Shown one piece after another: positions 8,516 through 16,698 of a stretch of DNA of 25,260 nt. The stretch comes from a virus (taxonomy: Duplodnaviria; Caudoviricetes): the IMG/VR virus record IMGVR_UViG_3300016357_000014, positions 1 to 25,260 of that record; one strand, written 5' to 3'. The position numbers and the translations under genes are program-made. The notes beneath the pieces were generated by a model that saw only the letters and a program-made list of their open reading frames with translations, had not been told where the DNA came from and made no database searches. The number at the start of each line of letters is the position of its first letter. Positions within the stretch are counted from its first letter, which is position 1.

Positions 8516-8639
8516 GGAAGCCATAAAGCGTTTTGGCTTGGATCCGCTCAGGTTTGACCGCAGGCCTATGTACGAGATACTTGATGACGAAATCCCATAT
8601 GAGCGTTGGGCAAGGGAAGCAAAGGACCGCAAGGCCTAA
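8502..8639 (+). CDS. small hypothetical protein (45 aa)
   Basis: MMTAEEAIKRFGLDPLRFDRRPMYEILDDEIPYERWAREAKDRKA starts just before the SSB stop, after a GGGAG, and bridges the gap to recA. Confidence 0.4.
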   Translation: MMTAEEAIKRFGLDPLRFDRRPMYEILDDEIPYERWAREAKDRKA

Positions 8640-9567
8640 GCTGACTGAACCCAATAACTATTTTACTGGCCCAAAACCTCATCTTAGTTTCGTGAGTAGT
8701 GGGTGCACAGTACTTGACTGTGCATTAGGGGGAGGGTGGTGTCTTGGCCGTGTAGCGAACATAATAGGCGACAAGAGCACGGCCAAGACCGCCCTGGCAT
8801 GGGAGGCTGTGACCAATTTCATAAGGCAATACCCCAATGGCAAAGCAGCCTACCGTGAGACAGAAGCGGCGTTTGATGATGATTATGCACGGGCCATGGG
8901 CTGGCCCATTGACAAGGTTGATAAACTTAAGAACCGCCTACCTACGGTTGAGGCGTTTGAGAAGGATATCAAGCAATTCATTGCCAACTTGGGATCAAGC
9001 GGTAGACCTGGGATGTATGTGCTTGACAGTTTGGATGCCCTAAGTGATGAGGCAGAACTGAAACTTGAGCCGGGTAAGGGCACCTATGGGGCCGCCAAGG
9101 CCAAGGCCCTTAGTGCCATGTTCAGGAAGGTCACCGCCAAGGTTGAATCCTCAAATGTCACCTTAATGATCATTAGCCAAATCAGGGATAAAATTGGCGT
9201 CATGTTTGGTGAAAAGCACAGCCGGTCAGGTGGCCATGCTTTGGACTTTTACGCTACCCATATCATCAAGCTGGCCCACATTCAGCGCATCAAGCGGACC
9301 ATCAACAAAATCACCCGCCCAGTAGGCATCAAAATCAAGGCTCAAGTGCAAAAGAACAAAGTTTTTCAACCCTTTCGTGAAGTTGAATTTGATTTTCTCT
9401 TTGGCTACGGTATTGATGACATAACCGCCTCACGCAACTGGCTCAAGGAAAATCATCGCTCTGATGATGTTGATGAGGACAAAATACAAAAGGTGGTTAA
9501 ACATACCTGGGTTGAAATTGAAACGAGCTTCCTGCCTAAAAGGAGTAAATATGGCACTGCGAACTAA
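8599..9567 (+). CDS. recA: RecA/UvsX-like recombinase (start uncertain: 8584 or 8599)
   Basis: SSGCTVLDCALGGG...GR, variant Walker A GDKSTAKT, ETEAAFD..YA, Walker B YVLDSL, and ISQIRDKIGVMFG....SGGHALDFYA, KNKV..PFR. Confidence 0.93.
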   Translation: MSVGQGKQRTARPKLTEPNNYFTGPKPHLSFVSSGCTVLDCALGGGWCLGRVANIIGDKSTAKTALAWEAVTNFIRQYPNGKAAYRETEAAFDDDYARAMGWPIDKVDKLKNRLPTVEAFEKDIKQFIANLGSSGRPGMYVLDSLDALSDEAELKLEPGKGTYGAAKAKALSAMFRKVTAKVESSNVTLMIISQIRDKIGVMFGEKHSRSGGHALDFYATHIIKLAHIQRIKRTINKITRPVGIKIKAQVQKNKVFQPFREVEFDFLFGYGIDDITASRNWLKENHRSDDVDEDKIQKVVKHTWVEIETSFLPKRSKYGTAN

Positions 9568-9709
9568 ATGGTTTGTGCCACAGCAAGATATCACCGCCTA
9601 TGAGTTGGCTATGATAGTCACCAAATTGCGGTTGAGCATCACTGAAGACCAATGGCAGACAATAAAGCCTGAACTGCAACGGCACTTCACGGATGAAAAG
9701 CCAAAATGA
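9551..9709 (+). CDS. small hypothetical protein (52 aa)
   Basis: ATG 9551 is preceded by AGGAG, and the stop overlaps the next ATG (ATGA). Confidence 0.6.
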   Translation: MALRTKWFVPQQDITAYELAMIVTKLRLSITEDQWQTIKPELQRHFTDEKPK

Positions 9710-10215
9710 GGGCGGGCAGGGGGAAGCACAAAGGTGGGGCGTTTGAACGCCTGTGCTGTAAGGAACTGTCCCTTTGGATGTCAGAGGGCAAAGCTGAGGA
9801 TTACTATTGGCGCAGCGCTATGAGCGGGGGCCGTTCAACGGTAGCCGCAGCCAAAGGCAAGCGGCTGGCAGCACAGGCTGGTGATATTTCCTGCGTTAAT
9901 GAATTAGGTCACGCCCTTACTGACCAGTTTTTAATAGAATGTAAGACGTACCGTGACCTGCAATTTGAGGGTTTGATCAAAGGTACCGGGCACCTAGCTG
10001 ACTTCTGGCTTGATACCAAGTTAGAGTCTAATACCTATGGTAAATGCCCAATGCTGATTGCCAAGCAGAACCAGCAGCCAATTTGCGTTTGTATAAATGA
10101 TTATGGCAGGCAAACTTTAGGTTTAGACTTGGAATATCACCTATATGTGCCTAGACTTGAACTTTACCTAATTCTCTTTGATCACTTCCTAAAGCACGCT
10201 GAGAGGCCGTCATGA
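9706..10215 (+). CDS. Holliday junction resolvase, PD-(D/E)XK (Hjc-like)
   Basis: KGGAFER..CKELS, AGDI and LIECK form the catalytic pattern; recombination-gene context. Confidence 0.8.
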   Translation: MRAGRGKHKGGAFERLCCKELSLWMSEGKAEDYYWRSAMSGGRSTVAAAKGKRLAAQAGDISCVNELGHALTDQFLIECKTYRDLQFEGLIKGTGHLADFWLDTKLESNTYGKCPMLIAKQNQQPICVCINDYGRQTLGLDLEYHLYVPRLELYLILFDHFLKHAERPS

Positions 10216-10754
10216 CCATTGAAGAGCTTGAAGTTCTCATCGCTGATGTTGAATGGGAACGGTTTCAGGAACCCAATGACGGTAACTTTCATGTTTGGTT
10301 GAAACCTAACTTAATTAAGTTCAGCTACCGCGTGGGCCTGCATTTCAAGCGTCCCATGGAAGCCATCATGGCCAAGGGTGAATTTGTCAGGATGCGGGCA
10401 GCACCGCAGTATAGTCAGTTTGACTTGATACGGTTGGACCCTGAGAACGTTGATAAGTGCTTGTATACCGACTTCCAAGTAGGCATTGATGCTTATACCA
10501 AAAGCTGGCAGCCAAAGGTATCCAAGGATTGGCTTGCCCAACAGCAAAGCCAACTAATGCAGCAAACCCAAACTTCGCTACAGCTAGCCCAAGCCCGACA
10601 GGCTATAAACCAAAGCATGTGTGGTCTGGGTTCCATTAGTAATCCCTCAGCCCTTGCCAGTGGTGGTGGGGGCGGGAACGGTGATGCTCTGGTTACTTAT
10701 GGTACTACCTCTGACAACAGCAGCCTTTTTACTAGACTATGGTCAAAATGGTGA
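10212..10754 (+). CDS. hypothetical protein with Gln/Gly/Ser-rich C-terminus
   Basis: ATGA overlap; 180 aa ORF within the operon. Confidence 0.6.
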   Translation: MTIEELEVLIADVEWERFQEPNDGNFHVWLKPNLIKFSYRVGLHFKRPMEAIMAKGEFVRMRAAPQYSQFDLIRLDPENVDKCLYTDFQVGIDAYTKSWQPKVSKDWLAQQQSQLMQQTQTSLQLAQARQAINQSMCGLGSISNPSALASGGGGGNGDALVTYGTTSDNSSLFTRLWSKW

Positions 10755-11767
10755 ATTGGCTGGTCACTTCAGATATTCACCTATCTGACAGGCCGCGTGA
10801 TCAATACCGGCTTGGCCTGTTCAGATGGCTGGCTGAACAGCAAAAACGCTACAACGTCACCGCTACATTTATCCTAGGTGATTTGACCGAAAAGAAGGAC
10901 AATCACTCAGCTACCTTGGTCAACCGTGCCATTGATGAAATGACGCGCCTGAAACCACCTGTTTATATACTAAGGGGTAATCATGACGGTTTGGATCCCA
11001 ACAATCCCTTCTTTAGATTCCTCAACTGTATTGATGGCTTTAATTTTATTACAAACCCAAACTTTGATATTTCTCTTTCTGTCGCTCTCATCCCGCATTG
11101 CCGAAGTCAACAGGAATTTGACGACGCTCTTAAAGTTCTTCAATCACACAAGGCTACGGTGATGTGCCATCAAACTTTTGATGGTGCCATTGCTGAAACG
11201 GGAGTACGACTCAATGGACTCTCAACAGCAACCCTTGCGGCCACTAAGCCGCTACTGGTATTGGCGGGTGACGTTCATAGACCGCAGCACCAAGGTATTG
11301 TTCATTACGTGGGTGCTCCTTATCATGTCCGCTTTGGTGATGACTTTGAGCCACGTGTGCTACTGATTACGGGAACAAACGTTCCCCTTGGTCTTGAAGC
11401 TTTGAAGTTCCCGGCACCCCGTAAATGGGTCGTAAAAACTAATGAAGCCTGGAAGCTACCTGAAGCCGTACGCAAAGGTGACCATGTAAAGATTGTCCTC
11501 ACCCTAGAGCGTGAGGATGCCGTCAATTGGCACCACCACAGGCGGGCCATGCTGGGCTTATGCCGGGATAAAGCTGTGGAAGTATTTGGTATTGATTTGC
11601 ATATCAAAGGTGAGTTTTGGAAGTTTTACGAAGGAGGGGTACCTATCAAGCAACAGCAGACACCGGAACAGGTCCTAACCGCGTTTTGCAATCATGAGGG
11701 GATAACAGATGCACTCAGGAACGCTGGCCTTGGATTACTCAAAAATCACGAACATCGCTGTGAGTAA
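10748..11767 (+). CDS. sbcD: SbcD/Mre11 (T4 gp47-like) metallophosphoesterase nuclease (start 10739 or 10748)
   Basis: Motifs SDIH, LGD, RGNHD, CHQ, GDVH, and YVGAP...RFGD. Confidence 0.9.
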   Translation: MVNWLVTSDIHLSDRPRDQYRLGLFRWLAEQQKRYNVTATFILGDLTEKKDNHSATLVNRAIDEMTRLKPPVYILRGNHDGLDPNNPFFRFLNCIDGFNFITNPNFDISLSVALIPHCRSQQEFDDALKVLQSHKATVMCHQTFDGAIAETGVRLNGLSTATLAATKPLLVLAGDVHRPQHQGIVHYVGAPYHVRFGDDFEPRVLLITGTNVPLGLEALKFPAPRKWVVKTNEAWKLPEAVRKGDHVKIVLTLEREDAVNWHHHRRAMLGLCRDKAVEVFGIDLHIKGEFWKFYEGGVPIKQQQTPEQVLTAFCNHEGITDALRNAGLGLLKNHEHRCE

Positions 11768-12230
11768 AATACCGTGGAGTGAGTATGAGGACCAACAACT
11801 GCGGCAAATGACAGTTGATGGGATGAACCGGCGTGAGATGTCAGAGAAACTAAAACGCAGTACAGCAGCCATAGCGCGGCGCTGCAAAAAATTAGGCCTG
11901 ACACGGGGTAAAGGCAACCACGCATTGGTACAAGCCACAATGAAAGCTTTGAAGTTCAAAAATACCGGGCCAAATGGAGATCTAAAACCAAAGGGGGAAC
12001 CAGACTTGAGTGCAATAGCACCATCTATGCTGGCAATCATCAATAAGCCTGCACCTAAGCGTAATCAACATAACTGTGATATAATGGAATTGACCCGCAC
12101 CAAGTGCCGTTGGCCATATGGTGACCCACAGAAGCCAGGGTTCTTTTTCTGTGGTGCGCCGGTTGAAGGGGTCAAGTCCTATTGTACCAAACACTGTAAC
12201 CAAGCCTACTATGGTCGAGTTCCAAGATGA
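11760..12230 (+). CDS. gcrA: GcrA-like cell-cycle transcription regulator (probable GTG start 11760; ATG 11709 is an alternative)
   Basis: N-terminal HTH W.....QLRQM..DG....E.S.KL..S..AI......LGL; C-terminal IMELTRTKCRWPYGDP...FFFCG.PV....SYC..HC..AY, the GcrA C-terminal signature. Confidence 0.88.
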   Translation: MSKIPWSEYEDQQLRQMTVDGMNRREMSEKLKRSTAAIARRCKKLGLTRGKGNHALVQATMKALKFKNTGPNGDLKPKGEPDLSAIAPSMLAIINKPAPKRNQHNCDIMELTRTKCRWPYGDPQKPGFFFCGAPVEGVKSYCTKHCNQAYYGRVPR

Positions 12231-12763
12231 ATGAAGTTTGGGTCCCCTGCCCCGGCTTCATCAATCTTTATGAAGTCAGTAATTTAGGGCGCGTTAGACG
12301 AGCATCTAATGCACCACGCTCATTTGGCACCCGACCTGGCAAGCTTCTTAAGCCTTGGTGTAACAATAAGTGCGGGCATTTGATGGTTTCCTTGAGGGCA
12401 GGTAACCGCACCATAAAGAAGCTTGTTCACGTTCTTGTTTGTGAAGCATGGAATAGCCCTAGACCATCAACTAGGCACAGGGTGGCTCATTATGATGGAA
12501 ATGGCAGTAATAACCGCATAGACAATTTGCGTTGGGCCACGTATAAAGAAAATGAGCAAGATAAAATACGGCATGGCCGCTACAACCATGCCCCAAATGG
12601 GTCACGCCATAGGGATGCTAAATTAACTGAGGCTGACATTCCAATAATCAGGGCGCTACGCAAATCAGGCCTATCCTACAGTAAAATTGCCGCTAGGTTT
12701 GGCATAGATTGGTCAAGCGTTAGGGGCATAATCAAGGGGCACACTTGGAAGCATGTCAGTTGA
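12227..12763 (+). CDS. NUMOD4-HNH homing endonuclease with C-terminal HTH
   Basis: EVW.P.PG....YEVSNLGRVR (NUMOD4); LVHVLV..A, VAHYDGNGSNNRIDNLRWAT..EN (HNH); AKLTEADI..IR...SY..IA..FG...S.V..I (HTH). Confidence 0.9.
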   Translation: MNEVWVPCPGFINLYEVSNLGRVRRASNAPRSFGTRPGKLLKPWCNNKCGHLMVSLRAGNRTIKKLVHVLVCEAWNSPRPSTRHRVAHYDGNGSNNRIDNLRWATYKENEQDKIRHGRYNHAPNGSRHRDAKLTEADIPIIRALRKSGLSYSKIAARFGIDWSSVRGIIKGHTWKHVS

Positions 12764-14381
12764 ACTCAGATTCAAGTGGATAGAACTGCACAATTTTAAA
12801 AGCTACAGGGGTACACACAAGTTCACGTTCCCTCAAGACCCAGGCTTATATCTGATTACGGGCAAAAATTTAATTCAGCCAAGACTTGGAAGTAACGGCG
12901 TTGGTAAGTCAACCCTGTTGGATGCCATCTTTTGGGCACTTTACGGGCGTACCCCACGTGGATTGCGGGCCTCTGAAGTCATCACCCGGGGTGAGCAAAC
13001 TGCAAACGTCAAGCTTGAACTAGCCGCAGAAAAAATATGCACAATTGAGCGCAAGCAAAACCCCAACTCACTGACCCTCAATGGTTCAGTTCTCAGTCAG
13101 GAAACCCTTACCATGGCGGTTGGCCTGACGCCTGATGAGTTCCTGCACTCAGTGATGCTGCCACAATTTGGTGAGAGCTTCTTTGACTTGCAGCCAGCCG
13201 CCAAGCTGGTGCTGTTTTCACAGGTCATGAAGCTGGATTATTGGCTGGAACGAAGTGAGCTAGCTGCCCAACAAACCACTGAAATAGCAAACACCCTCAG
13301 GCATAAGGACCATGAGCTAGACAGACAGGAGGGCCAATATGAATTGCTCAATACTGACATCCGTGTGCTTGAGGGCAAAGCGGTCACTGATCACAGCAAA
13401 ACCATAGCTGGTTTTGAAGCTAAATTGGCCACGGCCACCCAGAAGGCCCAGGCCGCCCAGGCAAATTGGCAAAAACATAATGGTGTCAGACTCTTAGCTG
13501 AAAATGACCTTATTCATACCGGTAAAACCCTTGATAACATTGGCAAATTAGGGGCTAAATGCCCGACATGCCTACAGAGGGTGAGCGGGCCTCACCTGAG
13601 GGCCGAAAAAAAACGCCTAGTTACATACCTGACTGAGCTTAAAACGCATCAGCGGTCAACCCTGGCGCACTGTGAGGCCTCCCAGTCTGAGTTCAAGGCC
13701 CTTCAGCGTGACATTCAGGCTATTTCACAGAATTTAAACGACTTTAAGCGGAAGCAGGCTGAATATGAAACTGTAGCGGGCATGTTGCATCAAAAGCGCA
13801 CCCAGCGTGCAGACCTTGAAAAGCTGCTCAAGCGCTTAATGGATGATGCCGATGCCCTGATAGCCAAGCATAAAACCTTTGAATTTTGGGTGAGCGGGTT
13901 CAGACGCGTTAGATTGTTCATAGTAGACGAAATCTTACGCCAACTTGAGATAGAGGTTAACAACAACCTGGCTGCTTTGGGCCTGCCTGAATGGCGGGTT
14001 GAATTTGATATTGAACGTGAGAACAAATCAGGTGGTGTGACCAAAGGTTTTGTGGTACTGGTCTATGCCCCGTTAGCAGAGCAGCCGGTTCGGCTTGAGG
14101 CGTGGTCTGGTGGTGAAACCCAACGCCTCAGGCTGGCCGGTGATTTTGGCCTAGCTAACCTGATCATGGACCGCGCCGGGCTCACCAACACCATAGAATT
14201 TTATGATGAACCGAGCCAACATCTATCACAAGAGGGGCTGCTTGATCTGCTTGATACCCTACAACAGCGTGCGGTGGATCATAACAGGGTTATTATTGTT
14301 GTGGATCACCATGCCCTTGATTACGGCTTTGACGGTACTTTTACCGTGGTAAAGGATAAAACTACCTCAAGGATAGAATAA
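12753..14381 (+). CDS. sbcC: SbcC/Rad50 (T4 gp46-like) SMC-family ATPase
   Basis: IELHNFKSY, Walker A GSNGVGKST, Q-loop LPQ, coiled coil with zinc hook CPTC, signature WSGGE, Walker B FYDEP, H-switch VDH. Confidence 0.93.
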   Translation: MSVELRFKWIELHNFKSYRGTHKFTFPQDPGLYLITGKNLIQPRLGSNGVGKSTLLDAIFWALYGRTPRGLRASEVITRGEQTANVKLELAAEKICTIERKQNPNSLTLNGSVLSQETLTMAVGLTPDEFLHSVMLPQFGESFFDLQPAAKLVLFSQVMKLDYWLERSELAAQQTTEIANTLRHKDHELDRQEGQYELLNTDIRVLEGKAVTDHSKTIAGFEAKLATATQKAQAAQANWQKHNGVRLLAENDLIHTGKTLDNIGKLGAKCPTCLQRVSGPHLRAEKKRLVTYLTELKTHQRSTLAHCEASQSEFKALQRDIQAISQNLNDFKRKQAEYETVAGMLHQKRTQRADLEKLLKRLMDDADALIAKHKTFEFWVSGFRRVRLFIVDEILRQLEIEVNNNLAALGLPEWRVEFDIERENKSGGVTKGFVVLVYAPLAEQPVRLEAWSGGETQRLRLAGDFGLANLIMDRAGLTNTIEFYDEPSQHLSQEGLLDLLDTLQQRAVDHNRVIIVVDHHALDYGFDGTFTVVKDKTTSRIE

Positions 14382-14417
14382 AAAGACCCCCAGAGCCGGA
14401 GACACGGTTTGGGGGCC
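14380..14417 (-). terminator. Rho-independent terminator at the junction of the convergent operons
   Basis: The minus strand reads GGCCCCCAAACCG-TGTCTC-CGGCTCTGGGGGTC-TTTTT: a GC-rich stem followed by a U tract. Confidence 0.75.
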
Positions 14418-14457
14418 AAGTTAACAGGGAGGGAGATCCTCAGGTCGTTGCCTGAGC

Positions 14458-14832
14458 CTAGCGCAGGTTGATGATCTGACCTGCTAACCGCTGATTGATT
14501 ACTGGTTCAATTTCATTCCATATTGTGTGGGCACCCTTTGCCATTACCCGTTGCCAATAAGTGCTCTCAATCATTGGCTTGGTCAGGTAAATAAGCTGAT
14601 CAAATGGCAGGCCCTCAGGGTGTGAACGCAACCATTTGCGCAAAGCCCGCACTACGGCAGCACCCTCAATTACCCATGGCCCCGGCTCGTCAAGCCAATG
14701 CACAATTTCATCACTTTGTGCGTTCCAGTTCAAATCAACCAAATCATCGGTGTGGCGTATCAGGCACTCATGATAAGTGTTAGCAAGGGTGGTTTTGCCA
14801 GTTTTGGGGCCACCCGCAATCAATAATCTCAC
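14458..14832 (-). CDS. small P-loop kinase (NMP/adenylate kinase-like fold)
   Basis: LLIAGGPKTGKTT Walker A at the N-terminus, followed by HTDD, WVIEG and DQLIYL. Confidence 0.75.
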   Translation of the reverse strand: MRLLIAGGPKTGKTTLANTYHECLIRHTDDLVDLNWNAQSDEIVHWLDEPGPWVIEGAAVVRALRKWLRSHPEGLPFDQLIYLTKPMIESTYWQRVMAKGAHTIWNEIEPVINQRLAGQIINLR

Positions 14833-15068
14833 TTAGCTCCATCCTCGCAAATCTTGATCAAATACTCGACTTCATGCGGCAGTTCATTCACCGATACCTT
14901 GTCGCCGCTCACATGCACTAATGTTCTAGCACCGTGCACATAATTATGCCGGGTCTGTATCGGCTCTATGACATCGATATGCCTGGTATCAATGGCCACC
15001 TCTGCACCGTCCGGCCTATGCAGCACGATCAGACAAGTTATTGCTGCTACTGCTGACCGGTTTTGCAT
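14829..15068 (-). CDS. small protein resembling the flagellar-operon FlbD family (beta-rich type)
   Basis: IVLHRPDGAEVAIDTRHIDVIE...RTLVHV.GDKVSVNE...EV fits the recalled pattern I.L.R..G......N...I..IE...T.I....G....V.E...EV. Confidence 0.5.
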   Translation of the reverse strand: MQNRSAVAAITCLIVLHRPDGAEVAIDTRHIDVIEPIQTRHNYVHGARTLVHVSGDKVSVNELPHEVEYLIKICEDGAK

Positions 15069-15271
15069 TGGTCCAGCAGCTTAGCGATCAGCTGATCCTT
15101 GACTTCGTATTGACTCGTTGTTCTTTGGTTGAACTCATGAGCAAGCCATGCCACAAACAACACGAAGATCACATTCATCGCTATCAACGCCAGTGATAGC
15201 GGTTGGCCCTTTAACCCTTCAACAACGCTGCTGGCAACCTTGGCACCTTCCTCAACGGGTCCTGGGGTCAT
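15047..15271 (-). CDS. single-pass membrane protein downstream of the endolysin (possible lysis accessory)
   Basis: Hydrophobic run PLSLALIAMNVIFVLFVAWLA; ATGA overlap with the endolysin stop. Confidence 0.6.
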   Translation of the reverse strand: MTPGPVEEGAKVASSVVEGLKGQPLSLALIAMNVIFVLFVAWLAHEFNQRTTSQYEVKDQLIAKLLDQCKTGQQ

Positions 15272-16227
15272 TTATGTTTGGCCTTGGTAGTTTTATGGGG
15301 GAACACTACTTCAACCATATCATCAGTGGTAATTCCAAGCTCCTTCATCAACCCCTCTGAAATATCAGCCACCCGCGCCGTGTCGGCATGCGGCCCCCAA
15401 TCTGACGGGTATACCCCGGCCACTTGCTTGCCGGTTTTAGGGGCGCGTACCAGTGCCAGATATTTGCCTGAGCGTAGGTATTCCTTGGAATGAACCTCAT
15501 AATCCCAGCGCATGGCAATATAGGGCACTTCAGGGTCCAGCCGCCGCGCCAAACCAGTAGTATTAGGTGGCTGTTTATCAAGGAACAGATGCGGGGCCTG
15601 ATTATACTCATAGATGAAAGCTAGGCCCTCTGAGGGTGTGACACCCATATCATCAGGGCCGCCAAACCAGCTTACCTTGCCCTTGGCATAAAGTGGCCGG
15701 TCCTTCTTCACCTTGCCGTGATCAGGCGCTACGTGAGCAATAGCTGCACAAATTTCCTTGAAGTTTTGTTGATAGGCCTCAACGTCAGCCGCAGCATCCA
15801 CAAAGCACACTTCAATGAGGATAGATGGCTCTTCAGTCTTATTGAGGAAGTATAAGTCACTGCGGTGTTTGGCACCCCGGTTGATCAAACCATAGGATGC
15901 AATGGCCTCAGCCACCCGGGTAGCAATATTCTCCTGGGTCGCGTAAAGAACTTCAGTGCCATAGCCACCATCAGTAGGAATATAAGCATTAAAATGGACA
16001 GACACATCAAGGTCACGATCTTGACTATTATGGAAGTTGACGATGGTCTTGAGGTTTTGGTCCTGAGTAGTGGATGTATCATCATGAAATTCAACTACCT
16101 CATGACCCATGTCCCTAAGATGGGCCGCCACTTCAGGGACTACTTTACGGGCCTCATCAACTTCATCAATGAGGCCAGAAGCTCCCCTCACGTACTTGCC
16201 ATGACCACTGCTAAGGACGAATTTCAT
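15268..16227 (-). CDS. endolysin: N-acetylmuramoyl-L-alanine amidase (Amidase_3) plus C-terminal RlpA-like double-psi beta-barrel
   Basis: Zn-amidase motifs SSGHG, E, SVHFNA and LIEVCF; C-terminal GKVSWFG...YIAMRW...DWGP....RVADIS. Confidence 0.9.
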   Translation of the reverse strand: MKFVLSSGHGKYVRGASGLIDEVDEARKVVPEVAAHLRDMGHEVVEFHDDTSTTQDQNLKTIVNFHNSQDRDLDVSVHFNAYIPTDGGYGTEVLYATQENIATRVAEAIASYGLINRGAKHRSDLYFLNKTEEPSILIEVCFVDAAADVEAYQQNFKEICAAIAHVAPDHGKVKKDRPLYAKGKVSWFGGPDDMGVTPSEGLAFIYEYNQAPHLFLDKQPPNTTGLARRLDPEVPYIAMRWDYEVHSKEYLRSGKYLALVRAPKTGKQVAGVYPSDWGPHADTARVADISEGLMKELGITTDDMVEVVFPHKTTKAKHK

Positions 16228-16243
16228 GTTGCACCTGAAAATA

Positions 16244-16275
16244 GCGCATGACTTACGGGGTATCCCTGCATGCGC
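16244..16275 (-). promoter_or_regulatory. stem-loop immediately upstream of the endolysin RBS (weak terminator or attenuator candidate)
   Basis: Inverted repeat GCGCATG/CATGCGC enclosing GGG-ATA-CCC, followed on the minus strand by TATTTT and then CAGGTG...ATG. Confidence 0.4.
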
Positions 16276-16301
16276 CCTGAGTTATTTACGCCGGGTACGC
16301 T

Positions 16302-16631
16302 TTACTTTTTTGGGCCAGCACCAGACGCGCCGGGGGTGAAGAACCACTTGAATTGCGTGCCAGCTGTGTCGGTAGCGATGCCCCAACCGCCGGTCACCGG
16401 GGCTGGTTTGATAACGACAGCCACGCCTGGGCCGGGATCAGTCGGCGGTGGGTCGACAATTGGAGGGTCAATCGGTGGACCGTCCGGAGGGATTATAGGG
16501 CCTCCGTCTACCGACAACCCCTCGATACTTAGCGCACCGATGAACACGGCGGGCACAGCTTGAGGCAACCCGCTTGCTCCTTTTGCCTTAGGGTACAATA
16601 CGCCATTGATAATAACTGGAACTGCGGCCAT
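16302..16631 (-). CDS. proline-rich hypothetical protein (109 aa)
   Basis: Strong RBS TAAAGGAG, 6 nt before ATG; central GGPIIPPDGPPIDPPIVDPPPTDPGP. Confidence 0.7.
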   Translation of the reverse strand: MAAVPVIINGVLYPKAKGASGLPQAVPAVFIGALSIEGLSVDGGPIIPPDGPPIDPPIVDPPPTDPGPGVAVVIKPAPVTGGWGIATDTAGTQFKWFFTPGASGAGPKK

Positions 16632-16698
16632 TATAGTCTCCTTTAGTTAGCGGTGAAGTAACTTCACGTTGCTAGCATACGCTTACAAAAGCTTTATG

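Noticed and set aside
5595-12763. Group I introns around the two HNH genes
   Set aside because: Both ORFs directly overlap intact neighbouring genes, leaving no room for a ribozyme core.
16270-16563. + strand 97 aa Gly-rich ORF
   Set aside because: Antisense mirror of the Pro-rich gene, which has the clear RBS.
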